Assembly: GCA_046563655.1 (NCBI GenBank)
Contig: CM102287.1
Coordinates: forward strand, 3,100,001 to 3,164,000
Length of the DNA stretch: 64,000 nucleotides
Source of the DNA: Yuukianura sp. NJ FZ-2021
Taxonomy: Eukaryota
Direction: 5' to 3'
Part shown: piece by piece, positions 40,509 to 50,532 of the stretch
How positions within the stretch are numbered: position 1 is the stretch's first letter
How the letters are laid out: every line of letters starts with the position of its first letter
Translations under genes and position numbers: made by a program
Notes under the pieces: model-generated
The model's input: only the letters and a program-made list of their open reading frames with translations
What the model was told of the DNA's origin: nothing
Database searches by the model: none

Positions 40509-43500
40509 CTATGGTTTAGTTTTCCGAAACATGGCCAAGTATCCATTGATTTCCATTGGTTTCAAAACTACTCCTTCACTGGCAGATCGTTTCCTCCTTG
40601 GTTCTGAGTTATCCTCAACAAACGTCAGTTTTCTCTCCTCCACTTCTGATTCTATGAGATCACCCAACAACGCCTTTGGTTTGAACTAATTGAACAGAGT
40701 AATTAGTTAATTACTTTTAGTTAAGATTGATGTTAATTTAAAACTTACTTCTCCCAGGACTCCTCCGTTGGTGGAACATTCTGGAAGCGGAAGACTTCGG
40801 AGGAACTGTCCGTCGTACCCGAGTCTTCGGACCAGCACACCAGAGAAGTCATTGGCCTCAAAACTATGGTCATCCAAGTGATTTTCATAGGAGGGCAGAG
40901 GGGACAGATCCACCAGTTGGACATCGCAGGCCAGTGACCTTGACCCTGACGGGACGCTGTAGTCACTCAACGCTGAAAGCGATTCGTCCGGAGCCTCAGG
41001 TTGGCCTACAAATGTTTGTAGAGGGTGAAGCAAGTCTTCTAAAAGTATTTGTGATTGGAGGCTGAGCATTGGTGGAGATTCGTCACGATTCTTGTCCTAA
41101 AAGTTAAAAGTTTTTTAAAATCAGTTCAAAGTTTAGAAAATCCAACCGTGACCTTTGACCCAGTGCTTACCTGACAGTGAGGCACTTCGAAGACGATTCT
41201 AAACACATTTTCAGTTTCAAGGTTATCCTGGTCGCCTTGTCCCGCACCTCGGTTGTCATCTTGGTTCAACCTTCGGTCCATTATAACCTGAACAAATTAG
41301 TTTTAGAATTTTTTAAAATTTTTTCAAAATTGAAAACAAGTACTTTTGGAGAAAGCTTACTTCAAATTCCCCGGAAGCCAAACTGGAAGCTCCCAAAGGC
41401 TGGCCACTGAGAACAGTAAACCGCAGCGTAGGTTCTTCAATGTAGGCAGCAGTTGGAAGTGGGTAGTAATTTCCTTGCAGCGGTATTTTCTCAAATCGCT
41501 TCCGTTTGATCATCTAAAAGTACAAAAACTCGTTTTTAGAAAATTTCGAAATTTCAACAAAATTGTACGTCAGCATCTCACCTGAAACCCGTTCAAGTCC
41601 GTGTAGAAGATATTTCCGGAAGCAACGTTCGTTTCAAACTTCATCATCAGCTCAAAGTTGTCCTTCTCCCGACGAATGTCCACCACGTTTTTAACTTCAA
41701 TTGCATTCTTTTCATAACCTAAAAAAAGTGAAGGTTAAGTTATTTTTTGAAAAAGTAGTTAAGTAGTAAAAATCACTTTTTTTTTGAAACAGTAATTCTA
41801 CATTCCAACTAAACTAACTTCATTTTGACGTTAGTTAATTAACTTTTCCCTTAATTAAATCTCACCGGCGTGGTTGTACAGCGTAACACGATGTTTGACC
41901 TGCTCTAACCAAACTTCCACAAACTGCTGAAACTTCCCTTTGACTATTCGCACAAATTGTTTTCCCAGGGGAATCTTTTTCGCTGGTCCACCAGGCAGGA
42001 AGAGGTACAGACCGGAAGTTTCTCTCGTACGACGAGCACCGTAACTAGATTAATCGTAAACTAGAACAGTCAAATAACAATTACTAATTAAAGTTCAAGT
42101 TAAATCTTACTGGTTCATGGATATCCGAATGGGATGTGTAGCTCCATCAACCGTGACTGACTTGGTGAATCCGTTTTTGTCAAAGCTCAACTTGAGTCGA
42201 TCATTTGAAATCTCTACTTCATCTTCTTCAGTTATAATTTTAATTGGAAATTCGTCATGTGCTAAAATATTAGCTGTAGCTGGGTTCATCACCAACAGTT
42301 CCGGACGAGTCCGATCGCTTAAAAAAAGACGAAATAAACGAAATTTTCGCAATTTCGTAAAAAATATTTATAATATTTATATTTATAAAAATTAACTTTT
42401 GGGTAAACATACTCATTCCTTTCAAATTTGAGTAAAAAGTTGGCGACATTGAGTGAGTTCAGTTCTGCAACAAAGTTCAATTCGAAAACGTTTCTCCTCA
42501 TGGTAGTCCTGTCTTCAAAGACTGGCAGTACATCTGAGTCGATTAGTTTGCCAGAGTGATCATAAACCTGAAAAATTCAACAAAATGTAGATTTTTGACC
42601 ACGAAAATTCAAAAATTTCGAAAATTGAGGCTGCATTGCATACCTTGACGTGATAAGTTGAAACATAAAGACGAATTAGCTGCGATCTTCTTCTTCCTAC
42701 GGAATTGAAGACAACAACTAAACGTTTGTTCATTTGGTCATCCAGTACAATCAAGTTGTACTGCGGAAGTGTATCTTGTGTATCTCTGGACTCAGCAGCT
42801 TCAAAGTAAACAGCATCTGATTTGATACTGTCGATGTCAAAGCTTTTGTCGTCCAAATGTGTCAATACTTGCAGCGATTGCTGCAGTACATGGTCGCAGG
42901 AAGCCAGCGATGAGAGTAACCTAGGTTCAAACAAAAAGATGTAAAAGGCAAACTAACAGAATTTTCAAAAACTTAAAAAAATTTTGTAGTTCATTTTGCG
43001 TTCTAAAATTTAAATACTTTTTTCCATAGTCCACCATGACATGGTCCTTAGAAGTGCCAGTGATACCGTCATGGTGCTGAAAGAGGCTCAACATTCTACG
43101 CGCCTGAATCAAGTGGCCAAGCATTTCCTTCACAAATGGCAGCGTCAATCGATTTTCCTGCCGTCTGTAAATCTCAGCGGCCATGAGCGTATAAGCGATG
43201 TGAGCCGATCTAGAAAATTACAAAAATCGCACAAACTTCACCATACTAAACTTAGTTCGTCAAAACGTCAATGGGTAAAAATATTTGATACTTTTTAACA
43301 AAGTGGGTGGTCGGAAATGCTGTAAGTGGTCGGAAAAATTGCAAGTGCTCAGAGAAGATGGTCGGAAATTGTTAGGTGGTCTTACTTGTAAGTGATCGGA
43401 AGTTGTAAGGTGGTCGGAAAAGCTGTATATTTAGTTTTACCTCAAGTTACTGATAAGTTGTCTGTCCATGGCCTTGTGGAATGGTCGTGACGTGAAGTAC

Positions 43501-45671
43501 CCACTCCAGTAATGATCGTCTCGATCAGCATAAGTAAAAAAGTCACCAGAGAGAGCTTTGGGTGCAAATCGTTTTTGCTCAATTTCTTTCTCCAGTGCTG
43601 CAAAGTAGTCTTCGAGCGTAGCGAATTTGATCTAAACATCGAAATTTTGAAAAAAAAAACATTTTCAGTCAAAACTGTGTTTTGTTACCTCAACGTGGAG
43701 TTCTGGTCTAGCGTTGAGAGTGTCCATAATTCGTTTGTAATTTTCTGTTTGCGCTGCCCATTCCTTGGAGTCTTCCCACCGGAAGTCATCGCCAAGTGGA
43801 ACCAACAGCACATTCGTCTGATAAAGTTCTGCTTTCTTCCGGTACTGATCCAGAAGTGGCAATGATCTACAAAAAACTCAACATTGTTAAGTTAAATTCT
43901 TCAGTTGGTAGCGTTATTCAAAATCTTTGTGTATCGCTGCTGATTTTGGTCTAATCGTTTTACCTCTCCAGCGTCTGTGTTCTGCCCTCGGCTGTTTTTG
44001 CATGCGTGATGGGGATTGGTTTTGGTTGGATTCCCCATGGGCAGCTCATGTGTGACACTGACGACATCCTTTTGAAGTCGTACTGACAACAAACTTTAGG
44101 TTCTGGCCCACACTGGAACAATGTAGTCAAAATCATCAACAGTCAAAAATGTTCATCAAAATTGTCAAAAGCTTGTAAAGAATCACAGAATTTTCAAAAA
44201 AGAATTACCGTGTGTGGAATATCGTAGCTGTAGAAAGGCATCATGTGACAGAGGATGTCGGAAGCACCTTCGCTATCTACAATTACAATTAATTGACCTT
44301 TGACTTGTTTAATTGAATTGAAGAAGATGTTCAACTAATTTACCCCAAATTTGTCTCCACTTGAACTCCAACCCTTTAACTCTGGCCAACTCCTTCTTTA
44401 CAGCATAGTGGGTCCTCTGAATCAACATGTTTTTCACTCCAGAATGCTTTATCAAGTAGGCATTGGTCGGAGACATTCCAAACGGATCAATTGACCAACC
44501 ATTCCTTCAAACAAACAGCACAAATTACAAATTAACGAAAAATTAGTTACTAATTGTCAAAATTTCATGATTACCTTGGAATGTACTTCAAGTGGTGGTA
44601 GAGCCACTGGTGCCCTTCGATCAGCTGACTCAACATTGCATAGTAGTGAGCGTTGGCTTCATCCGGCATGACCCACCCTCCAGTAACGAATTCCAGTCTT
44701 CCTTCGTTCGTTAGCCTGGAAAATTTAAGTTTTTTTAATTTCGGACATTTTTTAAAAGCTGTCTGAACAAAAATGACTTTTACCCCTTGACCTCTGCCTT
44801 TTCAGATGAGTCCAAACCGTCCCACCAAAGACTAAAGTAAGAGATTTCTGCCCAAATGAACTTCACTTCCAGATTTTCACGCATTTCTCTCAGCATTGAA
44901 TCCAGAATGTGTTTAGTCTGGTCCATAAAGTATCGTTCGAACGTCTTGATCCAACCTACAATTAATCGATCAATCAATTAATCAACTGTTGATTAATTGA
45001 TTTTGACTAAATGTTGACATCAAAAGTACCTGGATCATTATGAGAATGAGGAATGACGAAAACTTTAAGTTTGTTTTCGGCAGTGAAGCGAGTCAAGTTG
45101 GCCTCAACATTCCAACCCTGTTTCCAGGCACCGCCATCCGGATTATCGAATTCGAGCAGATCGTAAACATTGAGCATCTAAAAATGAGAAATTAACATAA
45201 CAATTAACAAGAAACACTAATCGTTAAGTTTTGAATCAATTACATTAACGTCAGATTTGGCCAGTCGAATCCCAACAGCAGAAGAACAGGGTCCTTGCTG
45301 GACTGGAGCTGGCCCAGTTCGGACTTTTTCTTCACCAGTGGTCTTGTCCCCACCCCACACACCACCGAGAAAACTGTTCTCATTGTCTTCAACAATTAGT
45401 CGATTAATGTCGTCTAGAGACTTCCGATGTGTCTTGACTGCTTCCTCCAAATGTTTCAGTTTAGATTCTAACTCTGCATACTCAACCTGTATTAAATTAA
45501 TCCATTAGTTCACAGACCTTCAATTCAATCTGATACTTCAAGTCTTACTTTGCTTTCACGTTCTAGTAATGATCTTGAGGTAATAGAAGATGTAAGGATG
45601 TAGAAAAGCAATAAGCAAACTACAATGAATCCGAACGTTCCAAGCACAAACACTTTTTTGAGGTCCAACAT
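40509..45671 (-). CDS. Golgi alpha-mannosidase II (GH38; MAN2A1/MAN2A2-like), multi-exon
   Basis: Type II anchor [77 protein letters not shown] nucleophile motif; [38 protein letters not shown]-terminal PMEINGY; stop at 40509-40511. Confidence 0.95.
43305..43427. repeat. Intronic minisatellite (GGTGGTCGGAAA..TGTAA, ~20-bp units)
   Basis: About 5-6 degenerate copies inside a mannosidase intron. Confidence 0.7.
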
Positions 45672-46397
45672 TCTTAAATTTCAGTCGATTAACGCTACGC
45701 CAACTTCTGGACTAGAGAGGCTTCAAAAATCAACGATGGTACTCCAGCAGCATGTGTGAAGTTCCGCTGTTAGTGGTTTTTGTTATCCTGTGAAATTGAA
45801 ACAAATCGAAATTAATAACTCATCCACTCCAACTGGGTCAATTTTAAGTAAACACTGATAAATTAGCCTAGTACACATGACATATGAGCGCAATTTAAAC
45901 GCTTCACTTCTACAATCCGCAAGCACTGACAAACATCAACATCTGTTTGATATGCGATTGATTAATCTTAAGATTAAATTGATCAATTGATTAGAATGAG
46001 ATGACAAACATTACCTCACCTGTTCTACTCTACTGCGCAAAGGACGACGTGGAATGCCAATGTCACCGGAATTTTGACCTCGCTTGACCTTGTTAATTAG
46101 AAATTAAATAAATGACTCACACAGTAATTGACGCATTTGAAAAACTCCGACAGATTCCAGATTCCAGAAAAACTGTTTTTCTAAAAAAAAACCCGAAGTG
46201 TCATTTTCCCTCCTTATGGTAGATGACAGAGTAGGAGTTGAGACCTTAATTTAATTGTTAGGCCAATTAACCGTAGTTCAACACAATCGAATAGAATTTA
46301 TTAACAACTCAATTAACGATGTCTCAAGTAACCTTATACGCCAATTAGTTAAGTCTTAAAAGCAAGCTTGACGCCAACATTTTTTATATAACATACC

Positions 46398-47095
46398 GGT
46401 TGGAGAGTAGATCCGCAGTCTGTTTTTCTTAGTCGTTTTTTCGACATGGACATGCTCCATGATAATCGCCAAAATGACCTCTACAAAAGTTGTTCCTCTT
46501 GAAAAAATATGCAACTTCTTTTAGTACCACTTTTTCCTGTGACCTTTCGTTGAGGTCACAGGTCAAGGTCAAGTGTTGGTTCCCTTACAACCGCTAAAAT
46601 GACCTATACAAAAGTTGTTCATCTTGAAAAAATATGCAACTTTTTTTAGTACCACTTTTTCCTGTGACCTTTCGTTGAGGTCACAGGTCAAGGTCAAGTG
46701 TTGGTTCCCTTACAACCGCTAAAATGACCTATACAAAAGTTGTTCCTCTTGAAAAAATATGCAACTTTTTTTAATACCATTTTTTTCTGTGACCTTTCGT
46801 TGGGGTCACAGGTCAAGGTCAAGTGTTGGTTCCCTTACAACCGCCAAAATGACCTCTACAAAAGTTGTTCCTCTTGAAAAAATATGCAACTTTTTTTAGT
46901 ACCACTTTTTCCTGTGACCTTTCGTTGAGGTCACAGGTCAAGGTCAAGTGTTGGTTCCCTTACAACCGCTAAAATGACCTATACAAAAGTTGTTCCTCTT
47001 GAAAAAATATACAACTTTTTTTAGTACCATTTTTTTCTGTGACCTTTCGTTGGGGTCACAGGTCAAGGTCAAGTGTTGGTTCCCTTACAACCGCC
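46398..47095 (+). repeat. Left TIR: 73-bp terminal segment plus five 125-bp tandem units
   Basis: Units start AAAATGACCT at 46471, 46596, 46721, 46846 and 46971. Confidence 0.95.
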
Positions 47096-47622
47096 AAAAT
47101 TTTCCCGCCAAATTTAATTTTCCCGCCAAAATTTTCCCGCCAAATTTAATTTTCCCGCCAAAAGTTTCCCGCCAAATTTAATTTTCCCGCCAAAATTTTC
47201 CCGCCAAATTTAATTTTCCCGCCAAAAATTCCCGCCAAAATTTTCCCGCCAAAAATTCCCGCCAAAATTTTCCCGCCAAAAATTCCCGCCAAAATTTTCC
47301 CGCCAAATTTAATTTTCCCGCCAAAATTTTCCCGCCAAATTTAATTTTCCCGCCAAAAATTCCCGCCAAAATTTTCCCGCCAAAAATTCCCGCCAAAATT
47401 TTCCCGCCAAAAATTCCCGCCAAAATTTTCCCGCCAAAATTTTCCCGCCAAAATTTTCCCGCCAAATTTAATTTTCCCGCCAAAATTTTCCCGCCAAATT
47501 TAATTTTCCCGCCAAAAATTCCCGCCAAAATTTTCCCGCCAAAAATTCCCGCCAAAATTTTCCCGCCAAAATTTTCCCGCAATTCCCGCCAGAATTTAAA
47601 ATTCCCGCCAAATATTCCCGCT
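47096..47622 (+). repeat. Array of ~35 TT(T)CCCGCCAAA motifs (E2F-consensus-like), 13-18-bp spacing
   Basis: Hand count of TCCCGC(C) cores. It ends ~140 bp before the transposase ATG and has no counterpart at the right end. Confidence 0.93.
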
Positions 47623-47759
47623 AAAAACAAAAATATGTGTATGGTCGCTGACAAAAAGTCCGCATCAGGTGGCTATGGCAATATAAATATTAGTTCTAAA
47701 AGCAGGTAAAATAACCGCAAGTAACCCTTGCAAGCTAATGCCCCCATTTCTCAGGTAAA

Positions 47760-49142
47760 ATGAACGAGGACGAGGACGACGTTCTTATTGAACGCTTGGA
47801 CGATCTCTTGGTAGGTGGCAATTGCACCATATTTACCTTCAGCCAAACCATTGTAGACGAGGCCACTGCTTTTAAAGCTGCTGTTTGCTGGGGCCTTCTG
47901 CCAACTGAAATCAAATGCGATCGGCATCCGCACCGCAAATTAATGAAGATGTACACCCAGCAAAATAACAAGTTGGGGTTTGTGTGGCGGTGTCAAAGAA
48001 GACCGTGTTCCGGTAGGCGTTTATCCCCATTAGAAAACACATTCTTCGAGAAAAGCCGCCTCAGCTTTAAGGAAGTACTGTCCCTGATCGTTTGTTTCTT
48101 GCTTAAATTTACAGTGAAATTCACTGCTATGCATTGTGGGATTACGAGAAAGACAGTCGTGGAATTCTTTCACTTCTGTAGAGAAGTGTGCGAAGTAATC
48201 GATGCACACGACAGCAGACAGGTCGGAGGCCCTCGTGATGTAGTTGAAATAGACGAAACGCATCTGTTCACGAGAAAATATGGCAGGGGAAGGCAGCTCA
48301 AAAGACATGTTTGGGTGTTTGGAATGATGAGCCGATTCACCAAGAAAATAATCGTACGCCAGGTTGAGAATAGAACCCGAGCTACCTTAGACCCCATAAT
48401 TCAAGCTCATGTAGTTCCAGGATCTTGGATTATGAGCGACTATTGGCGAGCCTACCTGCGTTGCGATTATAGACTTGGAATGAGGGGCCATGCACGTGTC
48501 AACCACAAGAGGAGGTTTGTTGAAGGCACGGTAGACATTCCCCGTGTAAGTCCACGATTGGGGCGGGTTAGAATTGGCACAAATACTGTACGTGTCAAGG
48601 TGCACACCAATACCCTCGAAAGGCAATGGAGAGAAGTGAAGAAGGCAATTAGAAGTTGCAGAAGTGAAGAAAAGATTCCTTGGTATATTGGCGAGTACCT
48701 GTACCGCAAAAACTTCTTGAGCCAACACAAAGAGATGTTGGGCCCCATGCTAAGGCAATTCATGGACAGTATTATTAGAGTGTATCCTGGACCAGCTATG
48801 ATTGGCAGGGGAGTTAATGAGGCGATTTACAGATTCGCTTATACGCAATTTCCCATAAGACTTAAGGTGCATCGCGTCTATGACTGGTTAGGCGCTCAAA
48901 AAACTACGACCACACTTTTCGCATTAGCATACACTGCTCCACAACGCAAAACTTTGCGATCTGACGAAAACAGGACCCTTCGTCCAGAAAACATAGGTTT
49001 TCTGGAAGACGTTTCAGAAATCCTCGGATTTCTGCCTTCTTTTGCTTTTAACGGCGAAACAGTCGAAGATTCGTTAGATCGCAAACTTTTGCGATGTGGA
49101 GCAGCGTATGCTAATGCGAAAAGTGTGGTCGTAGCTTTTTGA
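47760..49142 (+). CDS. Merlin/ISXO2-like DDE transposase (460-aa ORF; last ~90 aa derive from a foldback)
   Basis: Zn-ribbon CDRH..WRCQRRPC, HTH-like region, VVEIDETHL, RKYGRGR..VWVFG, IMSDYWRAY, VNH, HTNTLERQW, YIGEYLYR, IIRVYP. Confidence 0.92.
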   Translation: MNEDEDDVLIERLDDLLVGGNCTIFTFSQTIVDEATAFKAAVCWGLLPTEIKCDRHPHRKLMKMYTQQNNKLGFVWRCQRRPCSGRRLSPLENTFFEKSRLSFKEVLSLIVCFLLKFTVKFTAMHCGITRKTVVEFFHFCREVCEVIDAHDSRQVGGPRDVVEIDETHLFTRKYGRGRQLKRHVWVFGMMSRFTKKIIVRQVENRTRATLDPIIQAHVVPGSWIMSDYWRAYLRCDYRLGMRGHARVNHKRRFVEGTVDIPRVSPRLGRVRIGTNTVRVKVHTNTLERQWREVKKAIRSCRSEEKIPWYIGEYLYRKNFLSQHKEMLGPMLRQFMDSIIRVYPGPAMIGRGVNEAIYRFAYTQFPIRLKVHRVYDWLGAQKTTTTLFALAYTAPQRKTLRSDENRTLRPENIGFLEDVSEILGFLPSFAFNGETVEDSLDRKLLRCGAAYANAKSVVVAF

Positions 49143-49173
49143 GCGCCTAACCAATCATACAGGCGATGCACCT
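48865..49173. mobile_element. 309-bp foldback (putative MITE flanked by TA) nested in the Merlin ORF
   Basis: Arms of ~105 bp (48863-48968 and ~49070-49175) are inverted complements with 8 mismatches by hand alignment. TA flanks at 48863-48864 and 49174-49175. Confidence 0.6.
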
Positions 49174-49701
49174 TACGATTGGGTCAGAGTTCACGAATTT
49201 CGTGTTTACAAATTACAATTTCGTATTACGTCACTAAGAGTTGGGGCGACTTGAGAATTGAGTATCAGAAGTGGCTCATCCACTTCGCCATGTTCATTGA
49301 GAAAAACCCGCGAATGATCCACAAATTTGAAATCCAACGCAGTGATTCGCGAGTTAGCATGAGTTTCAAGCAAATTTCAATCGTAGAGAATCCACCCGTT
49401 CGGGGTTTTGTATGATTGCGTAATGTGTTAATTCTCAATTCTCAGCCGTTGCTATGTCTACAGAGCGTTTTTTAGCGTTATTTTTATTGACCTGATGTCT
49501 CACCTTAAGGCAAATCGTGCAGATTGCCAGTGTCCAGAATGCCATCCATGAAAAATAGCAACTTAGAATTTAATGAATTAAAGGGTTACTAATGGTTACT
49601 TCAATGTTGGTTGGTCGAGACTTAATGAACTGATCTCCCAACCAACAAATTTTTTTTATCCATTTATTCTAACTTTTCGACTTCCTGTCATGTTGCCATA
49701 A

Positions 49702-50245
49702 TTGACCTATGACCTCAACGAAAGGTCACAGAAAAAAATGGTACTAAAAAAAGTTGTATATTTTTTCAAGAGGAACAACTTTTGTATAGGTCATTTTAGC
49801 GGTTGTAAGGGAACCAACACTTGACCTTGACCTGTGACCTCAACGAAAGGTCACAGGAAAAAGTGGTATTAAAAAAAGTTGCATATTTTTTCAAGAGGAA
49901 CAACTTTTGTATAGGTCATTTTGGCGGTTGTAAGGGAACCAACACTTGACCTTGACCTGTGACCCCAACGAAAGGTCACAGAAAAAAATGGTATTAAAAA
50001 AAGTTGCATATTTTTTCAAGATGAACAACTTTTGTATAGGTCATTTTAGCGGTTGTAAGGGAACCAACACTTGACCTTGACCTGTGACCTCAACGAAAGG
50101 TCACAGGAAAAAGTGGTACTAAAAGAAGTTGCATATTTTTTCAAGAGGAACAACTTTTGTAGAGGTCATTTTGGCGATTATCATGGAGCATGTCCATGTC
50201 GAAAAAACGACTAAGAAAAACAGACTGCGGATCTACTCTCCAACC
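49702..50245 (-). repeat. Right TIR: ~3.8 inverted 125-bp units plus 73-bp terminal segment
   Basis: Inverted units end GGTCATTTT at 49797, 49922, 50047 and 50172. Confidence 0.95.
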
Positions 50246-50532
50246 AACATACCTCACGAAAAAAACTGCGGCATGTTTACGGAGAAAGTCATATCCGGGG
50301 ACTTTCCTACCCCCCGCACTTGCCTACTTTCCCCCGAAATTCGGATAAACACTTTGGATCTGCGTTCCAGTTCAGTCAGTCGGTCACGAAACGTCGCCGT
50401 GGACATTCTACTCCTAAAAGTTAGTCCGAAAGAACAACATTCCGAGACACACAAGTTTGATACATAACAACATAACTAACGGAATTCTGCTAAGTTTAGG
50501 AAATCTTCCAGCTCCAGCTGACCTTCGACCTA

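Larger units (their letters stand above)
46398..50245 (+). mobile_element. Merlin (IS1595/ISXO2-like) DNA transposon, 3848 bp, with 8-bp TSD AACATACC
   Basis: Ends 5'-GGTTGGAGAGTAGATCCGCAGTC...GACTGCGGATCTACTCTCCAACC-3' are inverted complements. AACATACC occurs at 46390-46397 and 50246-50253. GG..CC termini and an 8-bp TSD fit Merlin, and the element encodes an ISXO2-type transposase. Confidence 0.95.

Noticed and set aside
46471..47622. Regular repeats as a CRISPR-like array
   Set aside because: Units are contiguous with no unique spacers, are mirrored at the other end as TIRs, and sit in eukaryotic DNA with no cas genes.
47178..47654. 158-aa ORF with GGKILAG/LAGKFWRE repeats
   Set aside because: It is a translation of the TTTCCCGCCAAA array on the minus strand, not a credible protein.
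49179..49415. Second ORF within the Merlin element
   Set aside because: Short, begins at a non-ATG codon and has no recognisable motif; it could be a spliced tail exon but this is unsupported.
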